Source: an uncultured Polynucleobacter sp. (GTDB lineage Bacteria > Pseudomonadota > Gammaproteobacteria > Burkholderiales > Burkholderiaceae). From it: a DNA stretch of 42,551 nucleotides. Below, piece by piece: positions 19,298 through 29,258 of the stretch. The stretch covers positions 13,637-56,187 of the forward strand of contig CAYYOB010000001.1 of NCBI GenBank assembly GCA_964473225.1. Reading direction: 5' to 3'. The notes under the pieces are model-generated. The model searched no databases, was not told the DNA's origin, and worked only from the letters and a program-made list of their open reading frames with translations. Made by a program: the position numbers and the translations under genes. Numbering within the stretch: the stretch's first letter is position 1; each line of letters opens with the position of its first letter.

Positions 19298-20744
19298 CAA
19301 GTTCTTCAAAAATTATTTTTATCTCAATCAGGCCAGTTGCTGAGTTTCTTGTGAGGTCTAATTTTTTTAGCTGATTTTTTTCTGTCCACTGAAATGCCAT
19401 GGTCCAACCATCTTGGACTATTTTTTGCGCTCTTAATTGTTCGTCTCGTTCAATGCGGGCAGGTGCCCCAACTCTGGCCTCTCCGTTTAACCACTTGGAT
19501 AAACCCCTGGCAGGTAAGGGAAGGCCTGTGTAGTTTTGCAACAATGCATCAGCATCATGCGCCTCAAAAATTTTGTCACCATCTTCAAGCTTTGCACCAG
19601 ATGCATTGATGGTTATTTTTGCCATGGCACCACCCATGGGGTTTCTGATATCCAAGACATCTGTTTGTGCTTCATGGCTCAGTGTGAAAGCTCCGCTACC
19701 ACCGTCTTTAGAGTCTTTTCCGCTGACTTTCACTGCAAAGCGACCATCCCATAATTGAGGTGATTTTTTTGATGAGCTTGGGACTCTGTCTGGCCAAAGT
19801 CTGGCCATGGTGTCTTTTAGAGTTTTATTGTTAGCATCCAAAGCTTCAGCTTTTCTCCAAGCCTGGTCAGCACCTTGTCTATCTTGATTTGACCAAAGAA
19901 CTTCGCCCAAGTGAGCGCCGATTTCTGCTTCTGGCTTGGTTTCAAACGCTTTGCTTAATTGCTCAATGGCTAGACTTGTTTTGCCTAAACGAAAGTTGGC
20001 CCACCCAAGACTGTCTAGGATGAACATATCTTCCGGCGCTAATCGATGTGCTTTATTTAGCAGGCTGACAGCCTCATTAAGCTTGATGCCCCGGTCTGCA
20101 AAGGAATAACCCAAGGCATTGAGTGCATTTTTATCATCAGGTTTTTTTTGAATCATGCGGCGCAATGTTTTTTCCATCGCGTCGAAATTTTTTGCTTTTT
20201 CCGCGCCTAATGAATAAGTGTAAAGAATGTCTGAATCATTAATTTGAGAAATGCTTGTTTGTAGTATGTTGAAAAAAGCGATCAGACTGGCTTCTTCATC
20301 TCGAGCCCTTGCTAAAAGTGGGCGCCAAGAGTTAATTAACTTTTCTTTGGCGGCAACACTTTTTAATTGATTCAGTTGTGCTTGTGCTGGGCTGACACTT
20401 TCAGCCCACCGTTGGTTCAACATAAAAAGAGTTGTTAGTATTTCTTTGGCATCTTTAGGGTTAATTTCATCCCAAAGTTTTGCTGCATCCAAAGCTAATT
20501 CTGGAGAGTTGCCTGCAATCGCAATTTCCATGGCTCTTTGCGCAAGCGGACCATCTCGCAAAGACCTGGCCATACTCAGGTAGGTTTGGTAGGCGGCAGA
20601 TGCTTCTCCGCGTTGCAGGCTGATTTCTGAGGCCAAAATTTGAAACATTTGCTCTGCAGAGAGGCTCTTGGTCGGGGCAGACCATGCTTGAAAGCTGGCC
20701 GAAGCAATCAGAGCGCTTAACAAAAATTTGAGTTTTATCGTCAT
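19290..20744 (-). CDS. lolB: Fused TPR protein / LolB lipoprotein insertase domain
   Basis: TPR region (ALNALGYSFADR, ILDSLGW, EIGAHLGEVLW) then in-frame LolB motifs (GRFAV, NPMGG, TGLPLP..GL..WL.G, QDGW); syntenic upstream of ispE. Confidence 0.85.
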   Translation of the reverse strand: MTIKLKFLLSALIASASFQAWSAPTKSLSAEQMFQILASEISLQRGEASAAYQTYLSMARSLRDGPLAQRAMEIAIAGNSPELALDAAKLWDEINPKDAKEILTTLFMLNQRWAESVSPAQAQLNQLKSVAAKEKLINSWRPLLARARDEEASLIAFFNILQTSISQINDSDILYTYSLGAEKAKNFDAMEKTLRRMIQKKPDDKNALNALGYSFADRGIKLNEAVSLLNKAHRLAPEDMFILDSLGWANFRLGKTSLAIEQLSKAFETKPEAEIGAHLGEVLWSNQDRQGADQAWRKAEALDANNKTLKDTMARLWPDRVPSSSKKSPQLWDGRFAVKVSGKDSKDGGSGAFTLSHEAQTDVLDIRNPMGGAMAKITINASGAKLEDGDKIFEAHDADALLQNYTGLPLPARGLSKWLNGEARVGAPARIERDEQLRAQKIVQDGWTMAFQWTEKNQLKKLDLTRNSATGLIEIKIIFEELDD

Positions 20745-20779
20745 AAGCACATTCTAATCTCACCGCCTACAATTGGCAT

Positions 20780-21616
20780 ATGCCTGAATTACCAGAAGTT
20801 GAAGTTACCAAGCAGGGGGTGGAGCCCCATGTTGTGGGTAAAACTGTTACCAGTGTTGCCATTTACGATGGCCGCCTGCGTTGGCCTGTTCCCGCGAATT
20901 TAAGTAAATTGCTGGTAGGTAAAAAACTCACTCAAATTAAACGACGCGGCAAATATCTATTGTTCAGAATGGAAGATGGGTATTTATTGATTCATCTTGG
21001 CATGACTGGGGTGCTCAGAGTGGCCAATCCCAAGGATGAACTCAAAAAACATGATCGGGTTGAAATTGGTTTTGGTAAAAAATTATTGCGTTTGCATGAT
21101 CCCAGAAAATTTGGCGCTGTCTTGTGGGCTGCAGATGAGGATGGTGAAATCGAACGTCACCCATTGATTGCTAAATTAGGCGTTGAGCCATTCTCAGATG
21201 ATTTCTCTGATGAGATAGCTGGACTACATTTATACGAACATGCCAAAGGGCGACAGATTTCGATTAAACAATGGTTGCTGGCTGGTCAAGCAGTGGTCGG
21301 AGTTGGCAACATCTATTGCTCAGAGAGTTTATTTTTAGCAGGCATTCATCCTGAGATGCCTGCAGGAAAGTTATCTAAGCCAAGAGCCTCGATGCTGGCT
21401 TCAGCAATCAAAGACACTTTGAGTCGAGCAATCAAGGCGGGTGGCAGTAGCTTGAAAGATTTTGTGAACAGTGATGGCAATCCTGGACACTTCATGTTGC
21501 AAACTAAAGTGTACGATCGCTTTGGCTTGCCGTGCCTTCAGTGCAAAACTCCTATCAAGCAAATAGTGCAAGGACAGCGGTCTACTTACTTTTGCTCTAA
21601 ATGTCAGAAAAAGTAA
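20780..21616 (+). CDS. mutM: Formamidopyrimidine-DNA glycosylase
   Basis: MPELPEVE, RRGKYL, HLGMTG, GVGNIY, C-terminal zinc finger. Confidence 0.98.
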   Translation: MPELPEVEVTKQGVEPHVVGKTVTSVAIYDGRLRWPVPANLSKLLVGKKLTQIKRRGKYLLFRMEDGYLLIHLGMTGVLRVANPKDELKKHDRVEIGFGKKLLRLHDPRKFGAVLWAADEDGEIERHPLIAKLGVEPFSDDFSDEIAGLHLYEHAKGRQISIKQWLLAGQAVVGVGNIYCSESLFLAGIHPEMPAGKLSKPRASMLASAIKDTLSRAIKAGGSSLKDFVNSDGNPGHFMLQTKVYDRFGLPCLQCKTPIKQIVQGQRSTYFCSKCQKK

Positions 21617-22677
21617 TGAAATTTTCAGATGTGAAAAACTTCACGCATGATCTGATTGATTGGCAAAAAAAATCAGGTCGTCATGATTTGCCATGGCAAA
21701 AAAATAGAATTGCTTACCGTGTTTGGTTGTCAGAAATCATGTTGCAACAAACACAAGTTTCAACGGTGCTGAATCGCTACGATGAGTTCTTAAAAATATT
21801 TCCGACGGTTGAACATTTGGCCGCTGCAACAGTCGATCAAGTTTTAGCTCAATGGAGTGGGATGGGTTATTACACACGTGCCAGAAATCTGCATCGCTGC
21901 GCACAAGTTGTGATGGCTGAACATGATGGTGTCTTCCCGAGTGATCCTAAGTTGCTAGAGTCTTTGCCAGGCATTGGCAGATCAACGGCCGCTGCCATTG
22001 CGGTCTTTGCGTATGGCAAGAGAGCTGCCATATTGGATGGAAACGTCAAAAGGGTATTGGCCAGAATTTGGGGCTATGACCAAGATTTGAGTAAGGCGCT
22101 GCACGCCAATCAATTATGGACTCACGCAGAGAATTTATTGCCTCATACAAAAACAGATCTGATTGCTTATACGCAAGGTTTGATGGATTTTGGCGCTACT
22201 CACTGCACTCAATATCAACCGGCGTGTATCGATCCACAAAATGGTAGATGCCCATTTAAAAAATCCTGTGTTGCACATCTCAGTGAGCGCATTAATCAAA
22301 TTCCTTTGAAAGTTAAAAAAGTCAAAGTTGAAAAAATTGATATGACTTGGTGGGTGATGATTCATCAAGATCAGGTCTTGTTAGAGAAAAGGCCTGAAAA
22401 AGGAATTTGGGCTGGCTTGTGGTGTTTTCCAGAGAAGCGAGAGCAAGGTAAAGATAAAGAGCAACTTAAAGAGTCTTGCCAAGTAATGCCTGCTTTTAAG
22501 CATGTGCTCACACATCGGCAGATGACGATCAAGCCCATGAAAGTTCATCTCAAAAAGCGGGTTCGTTTACAAGAGAATCAACAGTGGTTCTCACTGAGTG
22601 ATGTGGCTGGTTTGGGTTTACCTAAGCCGATGTCTCTTTTTTTAAAGAGTTTAGATCTAGTTCGCGATGGCGAATGA
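21616..22677 (+). CDS. mutY: A/G-specific adenine glycosylase
   Basis: WLSEIMLQQTQV, GMGYYTRARN, HhH LPGIGRSTA, LDGNVKRV, Fe-S cysteines; TAATG coupling with mutM. Confidence 0.96.
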   Translation: MKFSDVKNFTHDLIDWQKKSGRHDLPWQKNRIAYRVWLSEIMLQQTQVSTVLNRYDEFLKIFPTVEHLAAATVDQVLAQWSGMGYYTRARNLHRCAQVVMAEHDGVFPSDPKLLESLPGIGRSTAAAIAVFAYGKRAAILDGNVKRVLARIWGYDQDLSKALHANQLWTHAENLLPHTKTDLIAYTQGLMDFGATHCTQYQPACIDPQNGRCPFKKSCVAHLSERINQIPLKVKKVKVEKIDMTWWVMIHQDQVLLEKRPEKGIWAGLWCFPEKREQGKDKEQLKESCQVMPAFKHVLTHRQMTIKPMKVHLKKRVRLQENQQWFSLSDVAGLGLPKPMSLFLKSLDLVRDGE

Positions 22678-23527
22678 GTAAGTGAAGATCATCTCCAGCG
22701 ATTGCTTGAGATTTCTTTTTAAAGTAATCAAATAAACAGTTCACCAAATAAACTGAACGGTGTTGTCCGCCTGTGCAGCCAATCGCAATGGTCAGATAAC
22801 TTCTTCTGTCGGCTTGATACTTGGGTAACCAAGTTTCTATAAAGCGACGAATATCATCGCCCATCGCTTGAACTTCAGGATGCTCCCTTAAGAAGTTAGC
22901 TACTTCTGGGTCATTGCCCGTCAATGGTCTTAATTGTGGGTCGTAGTGTGGATTTGGTAGGCAGCGAACATCAAATACCAAATCTGCATCTCTTGGCACG
23001 CCGTGTTTAAAACCAAATGACTCAAACAAAATGGTCAAACCTGGACGTTCATCTTTTAACAGATCTTGAATCCAAGATCTCAGGGTGTGGGCTTTGATAT
23101 GACTGGTGTCAATATTGTGCGCAGTTTCTGCAAGATCGGCCAAGAGTAAGCGCTCTTTTTCTATGGCATCAATCAATGCAACCTGAGGCGTTCTGTTGTC
23201 ATCCGGTTTTGAGAGTGGGTGTCTTCTGCGTGTTTCTGAGAAACGTTGCACCAGAGTTTCTGTATTTGAATTTAAAAATAAAACTCGCACATCATGGTTT
23301 TGTTGTAGCTGTTCGATGATGGCTGGAAGTTCTTTGATGGACTGTCCGCGACGCGCATCCACAGCAACGGCCAACTTTTCTCTGCCTTGTTTGCTCAGAG
23401 ATTGAACCAAGTCTTGAATGAAGTCGACCGGTAAGTTATCTACGCAATCATATCCAGCATCTTCTAGGGCATTCAAGGCAACTGATTTGCCTGAGCCAGA
23501 AATTCCGGTGATGATGAATACGCGCAT
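22622..23527 (-). CDS. rapZ: RNase adapter RapZ
   Basis: GISGSGKS, DNLP, ETRRRHPL, SFGFKHG, GCTGGQHRSV. Confidence 0.96.
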   Translation of the reverse strand: MRVFIITGISGSGKSVALNALEDAGYDCVDNLPVDFIQDLVQSLSKQGREKLAVAVDARRGQSIKELPAIIEQLQQNHDVRVLFLNSNTETLVQRFSETRRRHPLSKPDDNRTPQVALIDAIEKERLLLADLAETAHNIDTSHIKAHTLRSWIQDLLKDERPGLTILFESFGFKHGVPRDADLVFDVRCLPNPHYDPQLRPLTGNDPEVANFLREHPEVQAMGDDIRRFIETWLPKYQADRRSYLTIAIGCTGGQHRSVYLVNCLFDYFKKKSQAIAGDDLHLLIRHRELDLNSLKKETSA

Positions 23528-23528
23528 A

Positions 23529-24512
23529 TTAAATCAGGCGACTTTGATTTTTATTAGCATCTTCTGATGCCATTAGCTGACGCTGACGTTCCATGAATTC
23601 TTTGAGAGTGTCAATGCCGCGTAATTGCAAAATGGTGTTACGCACAGCAGCTTCAACCAACACCGCTAAGTTTCGTCCAGCTGCCACTTGAATTTTTACG
23701 CTGCGAATCGGAAAGCCAAGAACATCGATGGCTTGACCATCGATGGGTAATCTTTCAAACTCACCATCATTTCTTCTAACCAACTGAACGATCAGTCTTA
23801 ATTTCATTCTGCGTCGCACAGCTGTTTCACCGAAAATAGTGCGGATATCTAACAGGCCAAGACCACGCACCTCTAAGAGATCTCTTAGGATTGGTGGGCA
23901 GCGACCTTCGATGTAATCGGGACCAAGTCGAGCGAAATCAACTGCATCATCAGCCACTAAGCCATGGCCCCTTGAAATAAGTTCTAGGCCTAATTCACTT
24001 TTACCTAGACCGGAGTCGCCCATGATCAAGACACCCATACCCAAGATGTCCATGAAGACGCCATGCATGGTGACGCGTGGTGCGCCAACTTTGGTCAGAT
24101 ACATGCGCAAGCGGTCAATGACTTCTGCCGCTGATGTGCTTGATTTAAATAAAGGGGTTGATGATCTTTGGCAATAAAGCACTAAGTCATCATGAGGTTC
24201 ACATCCATCGGCCACAATCAGGCACGGTGGTTTCAAAGATATCAATCCTGCAAGTTCACGCTTGCGATTATCAGGATCTAGCTTTTCGTAATAGTTGATT
24301 TCTGGAACACCAAAAACCTGCATTCGATCTGGGTGAATTAAATTCAAGTGTCCAACAAGATCAGATGATGATGAAGCAAGTTTGACTGCTTCAGAGCTGA
24401 AACTGTTGTCAGCACCTTCAAGCCCTGCAACCCAACTTAATTTCAACTCAGAAATATTGTCATCGAAGAGTGACTGTGCAGTGACACTGGCTAAATTGAG
24501 TGGCTGGGTCAT
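23529..24512 (-). CDS. hprK: HPr kinase/phosphorylase
   Basis: [27 protein letters not shown]. Confidence 0.96.
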   Translation of the reverse strand: MTQPLNLASVTAQSLFDDNISELKLSWVAGLEGADNSFSSEAVKLASSSSDLVGHLNLIHPDRMQVFGVPEINYYEKLDPDNRKRELAGLISLKPPCLIVADGCEPHDDLVLYCQRSSTPLFKSSTSAAEVIDRLRMYLTKVGAPRVTMHGVFMDILGMGVLIMGDSGLGKSELGLELISRGHGLVADDAVDFARLGPDYIEGRCPPILRDLLEVRGLGLLDIRTIFGETAVRRRMKLRLIVQLVRRNDGEFERLPIDGQAIDVLGFPIRSVKIQVAAGRNLAVLVEAAVRNTILQLRGIDTLKEFMERQRQLMASEDANKNQSRLI

Positions 24513-24517
24513 TTTTA

Positions 24518-24970
24518 TTAATTCCAGGCGGTCAGTAATTGATAAATATTATCAGCACTGGGCTCTGTGAGGAGAATGTTTTTATTTTTATTGTCTGAAA
24601 TTGTTTGAGCTACTTTTGCAAGAATATCTAGGTGTGCTTGAGTGGCAGCTTCAGGAACCAACATGATTACGAGTGCTTTGACAGGGTGACTGTCTGATGC
24701 ATGAAAGTTGATGCTTTCTTTTAATCTCACAAAACCAATGTGAGCTTGCTCAAGAAGTTTCACTCGGCCATGAGGAATTGCTATGCCATTACCTAGGGCA
24801 GTTGAGCCAAGCGCTTCACGTTCTTCCAAACAAGTAATGACTGAATCTGCTGAGATGCCGTGATTTTTTTCAAATTGTTTTGCAACGAAAATAAATAACT
24901 CTTCACGAGAAGAAACCTCAATATCTAAAGAGATATTGCTGGGGGTGATGAGTTGGGCCAAGGCATTCAT
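24518..24970 (-). CDS. ptsN: PTS EIIA(Ntr)
   Basis: [20 protein letters not shown]; context between hpf and hprK. Confidence 0.92.
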   Translation of the reverse strand: MNALAQLITPSNISLDIEVSSREELFIFVAKQFEKNHGISADSVITCLEEREALGSTALGNGIAIPHGRVKLLEQAHIGFVRLKESINFHASDSHPVKALVIMLVPEAATQAHLDILAKVAQTISDNKNKNILLTEPSADNIYQLLTAWN

Positions 24971-25008
24971 GTGTGCAATGCATTATAAGATTGCCTTGGC
25001 CTATTTAA

Positions 25009-25335
25009 TCAAGTGTTTTTCAAGGTTTGATGGTGATGATCTTGAACTTTTTCCTTGTGCTTGATCACTTGTCTATCGAGTTTGTCTACGACTAAGTCCA
25101 TGGCGTGATACATATCGCCATTGTGGGCTTCTGCAAAGAGGTCTTTCCCCTTCAGGTGCAGCGTGATTTCGGCGTGATTTCGCAAATCCTTCTCTTTTTC
25201 ATTATTAATAGACAAAGTGACTGTCATATTCTGTACTTGGTCGAAATGGCCACTGATTTTTTTTAATTTATCTTCTAAGTGCGAACGCATCGCAGGGGTG
25301 ATTTCAACGTGATGACTCAAGATTTTTATATTCAT
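25009..25335 (-). CDS. hpf: Ribosome hibernation promoting factor (short HPF/RaiA family)
   Basis: EITPAMR, DMYHAMD..KLDRQVIKHKEK; directly after rpoN. Confidence 0.93.
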   Translation of the reverse strand: MNIKILSHHVEITPAMRSHLEDKLKKISGHFDQVQNMTVTLSINNEKEKDLRNHAEITLHLKGKDLFAEAHNGDMYHAMDLVVDKLDRQVIKHKEKVQDHHHQTLKNT

Positions 25336-25345
25336 CTATAGCTCC

Positions 25346-26722
25346 CTATTGTTTTCTACGCAAATGAACGGCAGGGATGCGCAGAGATTCCCTGTATTTG
25401 GCAATGGTTCTTCTGGCCACAACAAAACCTTTTGAGGCCAGCAGATCGACGATTTGGGTGTCTGAGAGGGGTTTTTCTTTGTTTTCTTCGGCAACAGCTT
25501 GTTTGATCAAAGTTCTGATCGCGGTTGACGATACAGATCCACCAGTATCAGTTGATATTTGGCTGCCAAAAAAGTACTTGAACTCAAAGCAGCCAGCAGG
25601 CGTGGCCATGTATTTTTGTGTGGTTACCCTGGAAACCGTGGATTCGTGCATGCCAATCGTGTCTGCAATTTCCCTCAAAACCAATGGTCGCATAGCGATC
25701 GGCCCATGATTGAAGAAGTTTTGCTGTCTATCCACGATTGCTTTTGCAACTTTTAAGATGGTGTCACTTCTTTGTAGCACATTTTTAACCAGCCATCTAG
25801 CTTCTTGTAGTTTTTGCTGCAAGCCATCCATGCCTTCTTTGCCGCGATTATCTTTGATGACTTTTGCATATTCCTCGTGAAGGCTTATTTTAGGCGCAGC
25901 AGCGGGATTCAGAGTGACGGTCCACTGTCCCTTGTGGTTTTTGACGATGACGTCTGGAATCAGGGTTGAATCAACGTGAGTGTCAAATTCCGATGCGGGA
26001 TGATGGTTTAAGGTTTTGATTAATTGAATTGCATCCTGAAGGTCTTCATCATCGACTTTTAGAAGTTTTTTAATTCTGGTGAGATCTTTGTTGCCCAAAA
26101 TATCAAGGTAATCGCTGCAGATCTTATGGGCAATTTTCCATGCCACCGTTAATTTATCGTCAGCGGTAAAGTTCTCTAACTGCAGGCGCAGGCATTCAGC
26201 CAAATCTCTCGCACCAACACCTGCTGGCTCTAATTGTTGCAATCTGACCAAGGCTCTTTTTACTTGCTCTAGAGGTCTGCCGTCCTCTGGATCCATGTAT
26301 GTTTCAAGTTCTTCTGCTAACTCTTCTAGATCAGTATCCAGATAGCCACGTTCATCAAGGTTTCCTGCAATAAAACCCATGAGCGATTTTTCTTCCGGGC
26401 TGATGCGCAGTAGCCTGATTTGTGCAATCAATGAATCAAGCAGGGATTCTGGCAAGCTAATTCTTGATAGACGATCGTCATCTTCATCGCTGAATTGATT
26501 ACTTTTGGATCCACTAAGGCTGCGATGCGACAGTTGTTCTAAGGGCTCTTTGTCTGAGAGGCTTGTTTCAGACTCATAGTTAATCAATGGATTTTGTTCG
26601 GCCGCCTGAATCAGCTCTTGCTCAAGCTCCATGGCTGAGAGCTGCAATAGCTTGATTGATTGTTGCAGTTGAGGCGTTAAGGCTAGATTTTGTGAGAATC
26701 TGAGCTGAAGAGATGCTTTCAT
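25346..26722 (-). CDS. rpoN: RNA polymerase sigma-54 factor
   Basis: LTPQLQQSIKLLQL, HESTVSR, RpoN box ARRTIAKYR. Confidence 0.97.
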   Translation of the reverse strand: MKASLQLRFSQNLALTPQLQQSIKLLQLSAMELEQELIQAAEQNPLINYESETSLSDKEPLEQLSHRSLSGSKSNQFSDEDDDRLSRISLPESLLDSLIAQIRLLRISPEEKSLMGFIAGNLDERGYLDTDLEELAEELETYMDPEDGRPLEQVKRALVRLQQLEPAGVGARDLAECLRLQLENFTADDKLTVAWKIAHKICSDYLDILGNKDLTRIKKLLKVDDEDLQDAIQLIKTLNHHPASEFDTHVDSTLIPDVIVKNHKGQWTVTLNPAAAPKISLHEEYAKVIKDNRGKEGMDGLQQKLQEARWLVKNVLQRSDTILKVAKAIVDRQQNFFNHGPIAMRPLVLREIADTIGMHESTVSRVTTQKYMATPAGCFEFKYFFGSQISTDTGGSVSSTAIRTLIKQAVAEENKEKPLSDTQIVDLLASKGFVVARRTIAKYRESLRIPAVHLRRKQ

Positions 26723-26754
26723 GTTACGGTCATTTTAGACCGTCATTGCGGTAT

Positions 26755-26770
26755 TGGTACGTTTTTTGCT
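26755..26770 (+). promoter_or_regulatory. Sigma54 -24/-12 site oriented opposite to rpoN
   Basis: TGGTACG-TTTT-TTGCT vs consensus TGGCACG-N4-TTGCW (1 mismatch); exact GG-N10-GC; lies in the 57-bp lptB-rpoN gap. Confidence 0.75.
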
Positions 26771-26779
26771 TACAAAAAA

Positions 26780-27529
26780 TTACATGCGGAAGTTTTCACC
26801 AAGATACACTTTTCGAACCGCTTCGTTATCGATGATCGATGATGGTTTGCCGGAGGCTAAAACCTTGCCTTCACTGATGATGTAGGCGTGATCACAAATG
26901 CCCAAGGTTTCACGAACATTGTGGTCAGTGATCAGAACACCAATTTGACGATCTTTTAAAAATCTCACAATTCTTTGAATTTCACCAACAGCAATTGGAT
27001 CGACGCCAGCAAAAGGTTCATCCAGTAGGATGAATTTAGGCTGTGATGCCAAGGCTCTGGCAATTTCAACTCTTCGACGTTCGCCACCGGACAATGACAT
27101 GGCTGGATTGCTGCGTAAGTGAGAAATTTGCAATTCTTGTAATAGTGAATCTAATCTATTTTGGATTTCTTTTTTGGACAGTGGCTTACCGTTATCTTCT
27201 TGAAGCTCTAGAACAGCTTGAATGTTTTCTTCGACAGTCAATTTTCTAAATACGGAAGCTTCTTGAGGTAAATACGATAGGCCTAGCTTGGCGCGCTCAT
27301 GGATTGGCAAATGAGTGATGACTTCGCCGTTGAGGGTGATTTCTCCACCGTCAAGAGGCACAAGGCCAACAATCATGTAAAAGGAAGTTGTTTTACCCGC
27401 ACCATTAGGCCCTAATAGGCCCACCACTTCACCACTTTTTACTTCAACGCCTACTTCAGTAACAACAGTTCTTGAGCCATATTTTTTTTGAAGACCAACA
27501 GCTGCTAGGGTGGATTGATGAGCACTCAT
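26780..27529 (-). CDS. lptB: LPS export ABC ATPase
   Basis: [43 protein letters not shown]. Confidence 0.97.
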   Translation of the reverse strand: MSAHQSTLAAVGLQKKYGSRTVVTEVGVEVKSGEVVGLLGPNGAGKTTSFYMIVGLVPLDGGEITLNGEVITHLPIHERAKLGLSYLPQEASVFRKLTVEENIQAVLELQEDNGKPLSKKEIQNRLDSLLQELQISHLRSNPAMSLSGGERRRVEIARALASQPKFILLDEPFAGVDPIAVGEIQRIVRFLKDRQIGVLITDHNVRETLGICDHAYIISEGKVLASGKPSSIIDNEAVRKVYLGENFRM

Positions 27530-28077
27530 TATTTTGAAGGTCCTGTTAATTCTTTTCTTCTTGGTGACAAAGTTGATTTCACTGATGCCTTAGAAACAAC
27601 ATTATATTTTTCGGTGTTTCCATCATAATGAATTTTGTCACCATTCAATTGATCGGTGAGTCTTGTTCCAGAGATTTGGTTCATTCGAGCTTGTTTTTGC
27701 AAAATGGCAATATCTGTTTTTCCATCATACTCAATCAACTCGGCAAAGCCTTCAATAAAATCATTAAATCCAGTATCTCTTTTTTGTCGAAGACTTGCGA
27801 GCTCGCCTGGTTTGGCAAAGATGGTGACGTATTGATAGCCTTCCGGATCAATTTTTACGTTGGCTTTTTCGCCTTTGATGATCAGCGAACCTTTGATCAA
27901 AAGAACGTTGCGCTCAAGATAATAGATTTGTTTGACGTCATCAAACTGAGCTTTATCTGAACTTAAGGCAATGGGTTTGTCCTTATCAGCTTTTTCAGCA
28001 TGCGCGGCAGTATGAGGTAAGCCAAGTGCGATGCCGATGCTCAAGCAAAAATAATAAGTGGCTAGGCGAAATCTCAC
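27529..28077 (-). CDS. lptA: LPS transport periplasmic protein
   Basis: Signal peptide, [16 protein letters not shown]; between lptC and lptB; GTG start overlapping the lptC stop. Confidence 0.9.
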   Translation of the reverse strand: MRFRLATYYFCLSIGIALGLPHTAAHAEKADKDKPIALSSDKAQFDDVKQIYYLERNVLLIKGSLIIKGEKANVKIDPEGYQYVTIFAKPGELASLRQKRDTGFNDFIEGFAELIEYDGKTDIAILQKQARMNQISGTRLTDQLNGDKIHYDGNTEKYNVVSKASVKSTLSPRRKELTGPSK

Positions 28078-28685
28078 GGAGTATTGCCTTTGGGTTCTGA
28101 TTCAATGCGTCCTTTGACCTGACCCGTCATGGTGAGTTTTTGATGAACGTTGTCAAAAACGGCGCCTTCTTGAGAGGTCATGATCGATAAACCTTGCTCT
28201 AGATTGACTGGACGATTTGTTTTAACGATGTCCTCATTCATCAAGACCGTGAATTTACTTGAGGTCATCAGTAATCTCGCGCTGCCAGTTTGCGTGGCAG
28301 TGGCTGCTTGCGCAGGACGAGTTAAGCTAGCATTGCCGACCAAGTCTAATACTGTCATGTCGCCATCCGAAAAGCCTTTGTCTGCTTTGACTGTGATTGG
28401 CGGCTTTGTCTCGTGAAATCTTCTGGCTATCGGTAAATCTATTTCTAAGCTGGCATCGTCTTCGTAGCGAATCAGTTTTTGACCAACCACGCGAAATTTT
28501 GTATTGCCTTCTGGACCCAAAGTGTTCACAACGATGCCATCCATGATGTAGTCAGGAACATGGCGCTTTTGTTTTTCAGCATCTAAATTTGGTTCATTCA
28601 TTTGAACCATCCAATAAGTACCCAGGGTTAAGATTGCCATCAAGAACATAGGCAAAAACTTTAGTACCTGAGCCATGATTCCCAT
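28074..28685 (-). CDS. lptC: LPS export protein LptC
   Basis: N-terminal TM, HVPDYIM, beta-jellyroll-like C-terminus; synteny. Confidence 0.9.
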   Translation of the reverse strand: MGIMAQVLKFLPMFLMAILTLGTYWMVQMNEPNLDAEKQKRHVPDYIMDGIVVNTLGPEGNTKFRVVGQKLIRYEDDASLEIDLPIARRFHETKPPITVKADKGFSDGDMTVLDLVGNASLTRPAQAATATQTGSARLLMTSSKFTVLMNEDIVKTNRPVNLEQGLSIMTSQEGAVFDNVHQKLTMTGQVKGRIESEPKGNTP

Positions 28686-28687
28686 TG

Positions 28688-29257
28688 TTACAAAGACTCT
28701 TGAAGTAAACGCTGATAGTTATCTTGAGCCACTAAGATCATGTCGCAAATTTCGCGAACTGCTCCTGCGCCACCTGAGCGTTTTGTAATAAAGTGCACGC
28801 GTTTTTTTACTTCATCATGAGCTTGGGCAGGGCATGCTGAAAAATGAACTTTTGGTAGTACTGATAAATCTGGCCAGTCATCGCCCATGGCAGCGCAATC
28901 TGAAAGCTTTAACTTAGTTTGTTCTAGCAATACTTGTAATGCTTTGAATTTTTCAGAAACACCCATTTGCACATGCTTGATGCCTAATTCTTTGGCGCGA
29001 CCTTCGACCATCGGCGAATTGCGTCCTGTGATGATGGCAACAATCACGCCAGTTGATTGAAGTAATTTGATGCCATGGCCGTCGAGACTGTCAAAAACCT
29101 TGAGGGCTTCTTTGCCATCTTGACCAACCAATAAGCTGCCATCAGTTAAAACACCGTCCACATCTAAAACAAGTAGTTTGACGTTCGCAGCACGATCAAG
29201 TGCTTGAGGGTGTTCTGTGTATGGGTTGGTAATCATCGGGCTGAATGCGTTAGACAT
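28688..29257 (-). CDS. kdsC: KDO 8-phosphate phosphatase
   Basis: HAD motif DVDGVLTDG, ITGR, MGDDWPD, GGAGAVRE; start set at MSNAF. Confidence 0.95.
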   Translation of the reverse strand: MSNAFSPMITNPYTEHPQALDRAANVKLLVLDVDGVLTDGSLLVGQDGKEALKVFDSLDGHGIKLLQSTGVIVAIITGRNSPMVEGRAKELGIKHVQMGVSEKFKALQVLLEQTKLKLSDCAAMGDDWPDLSVLPKVHFSACPAQAHDEVKKRVHFITKRSGGAGAVREICDMILVAQDNYQRLLQESL

Positions 29258-29258
29258 A

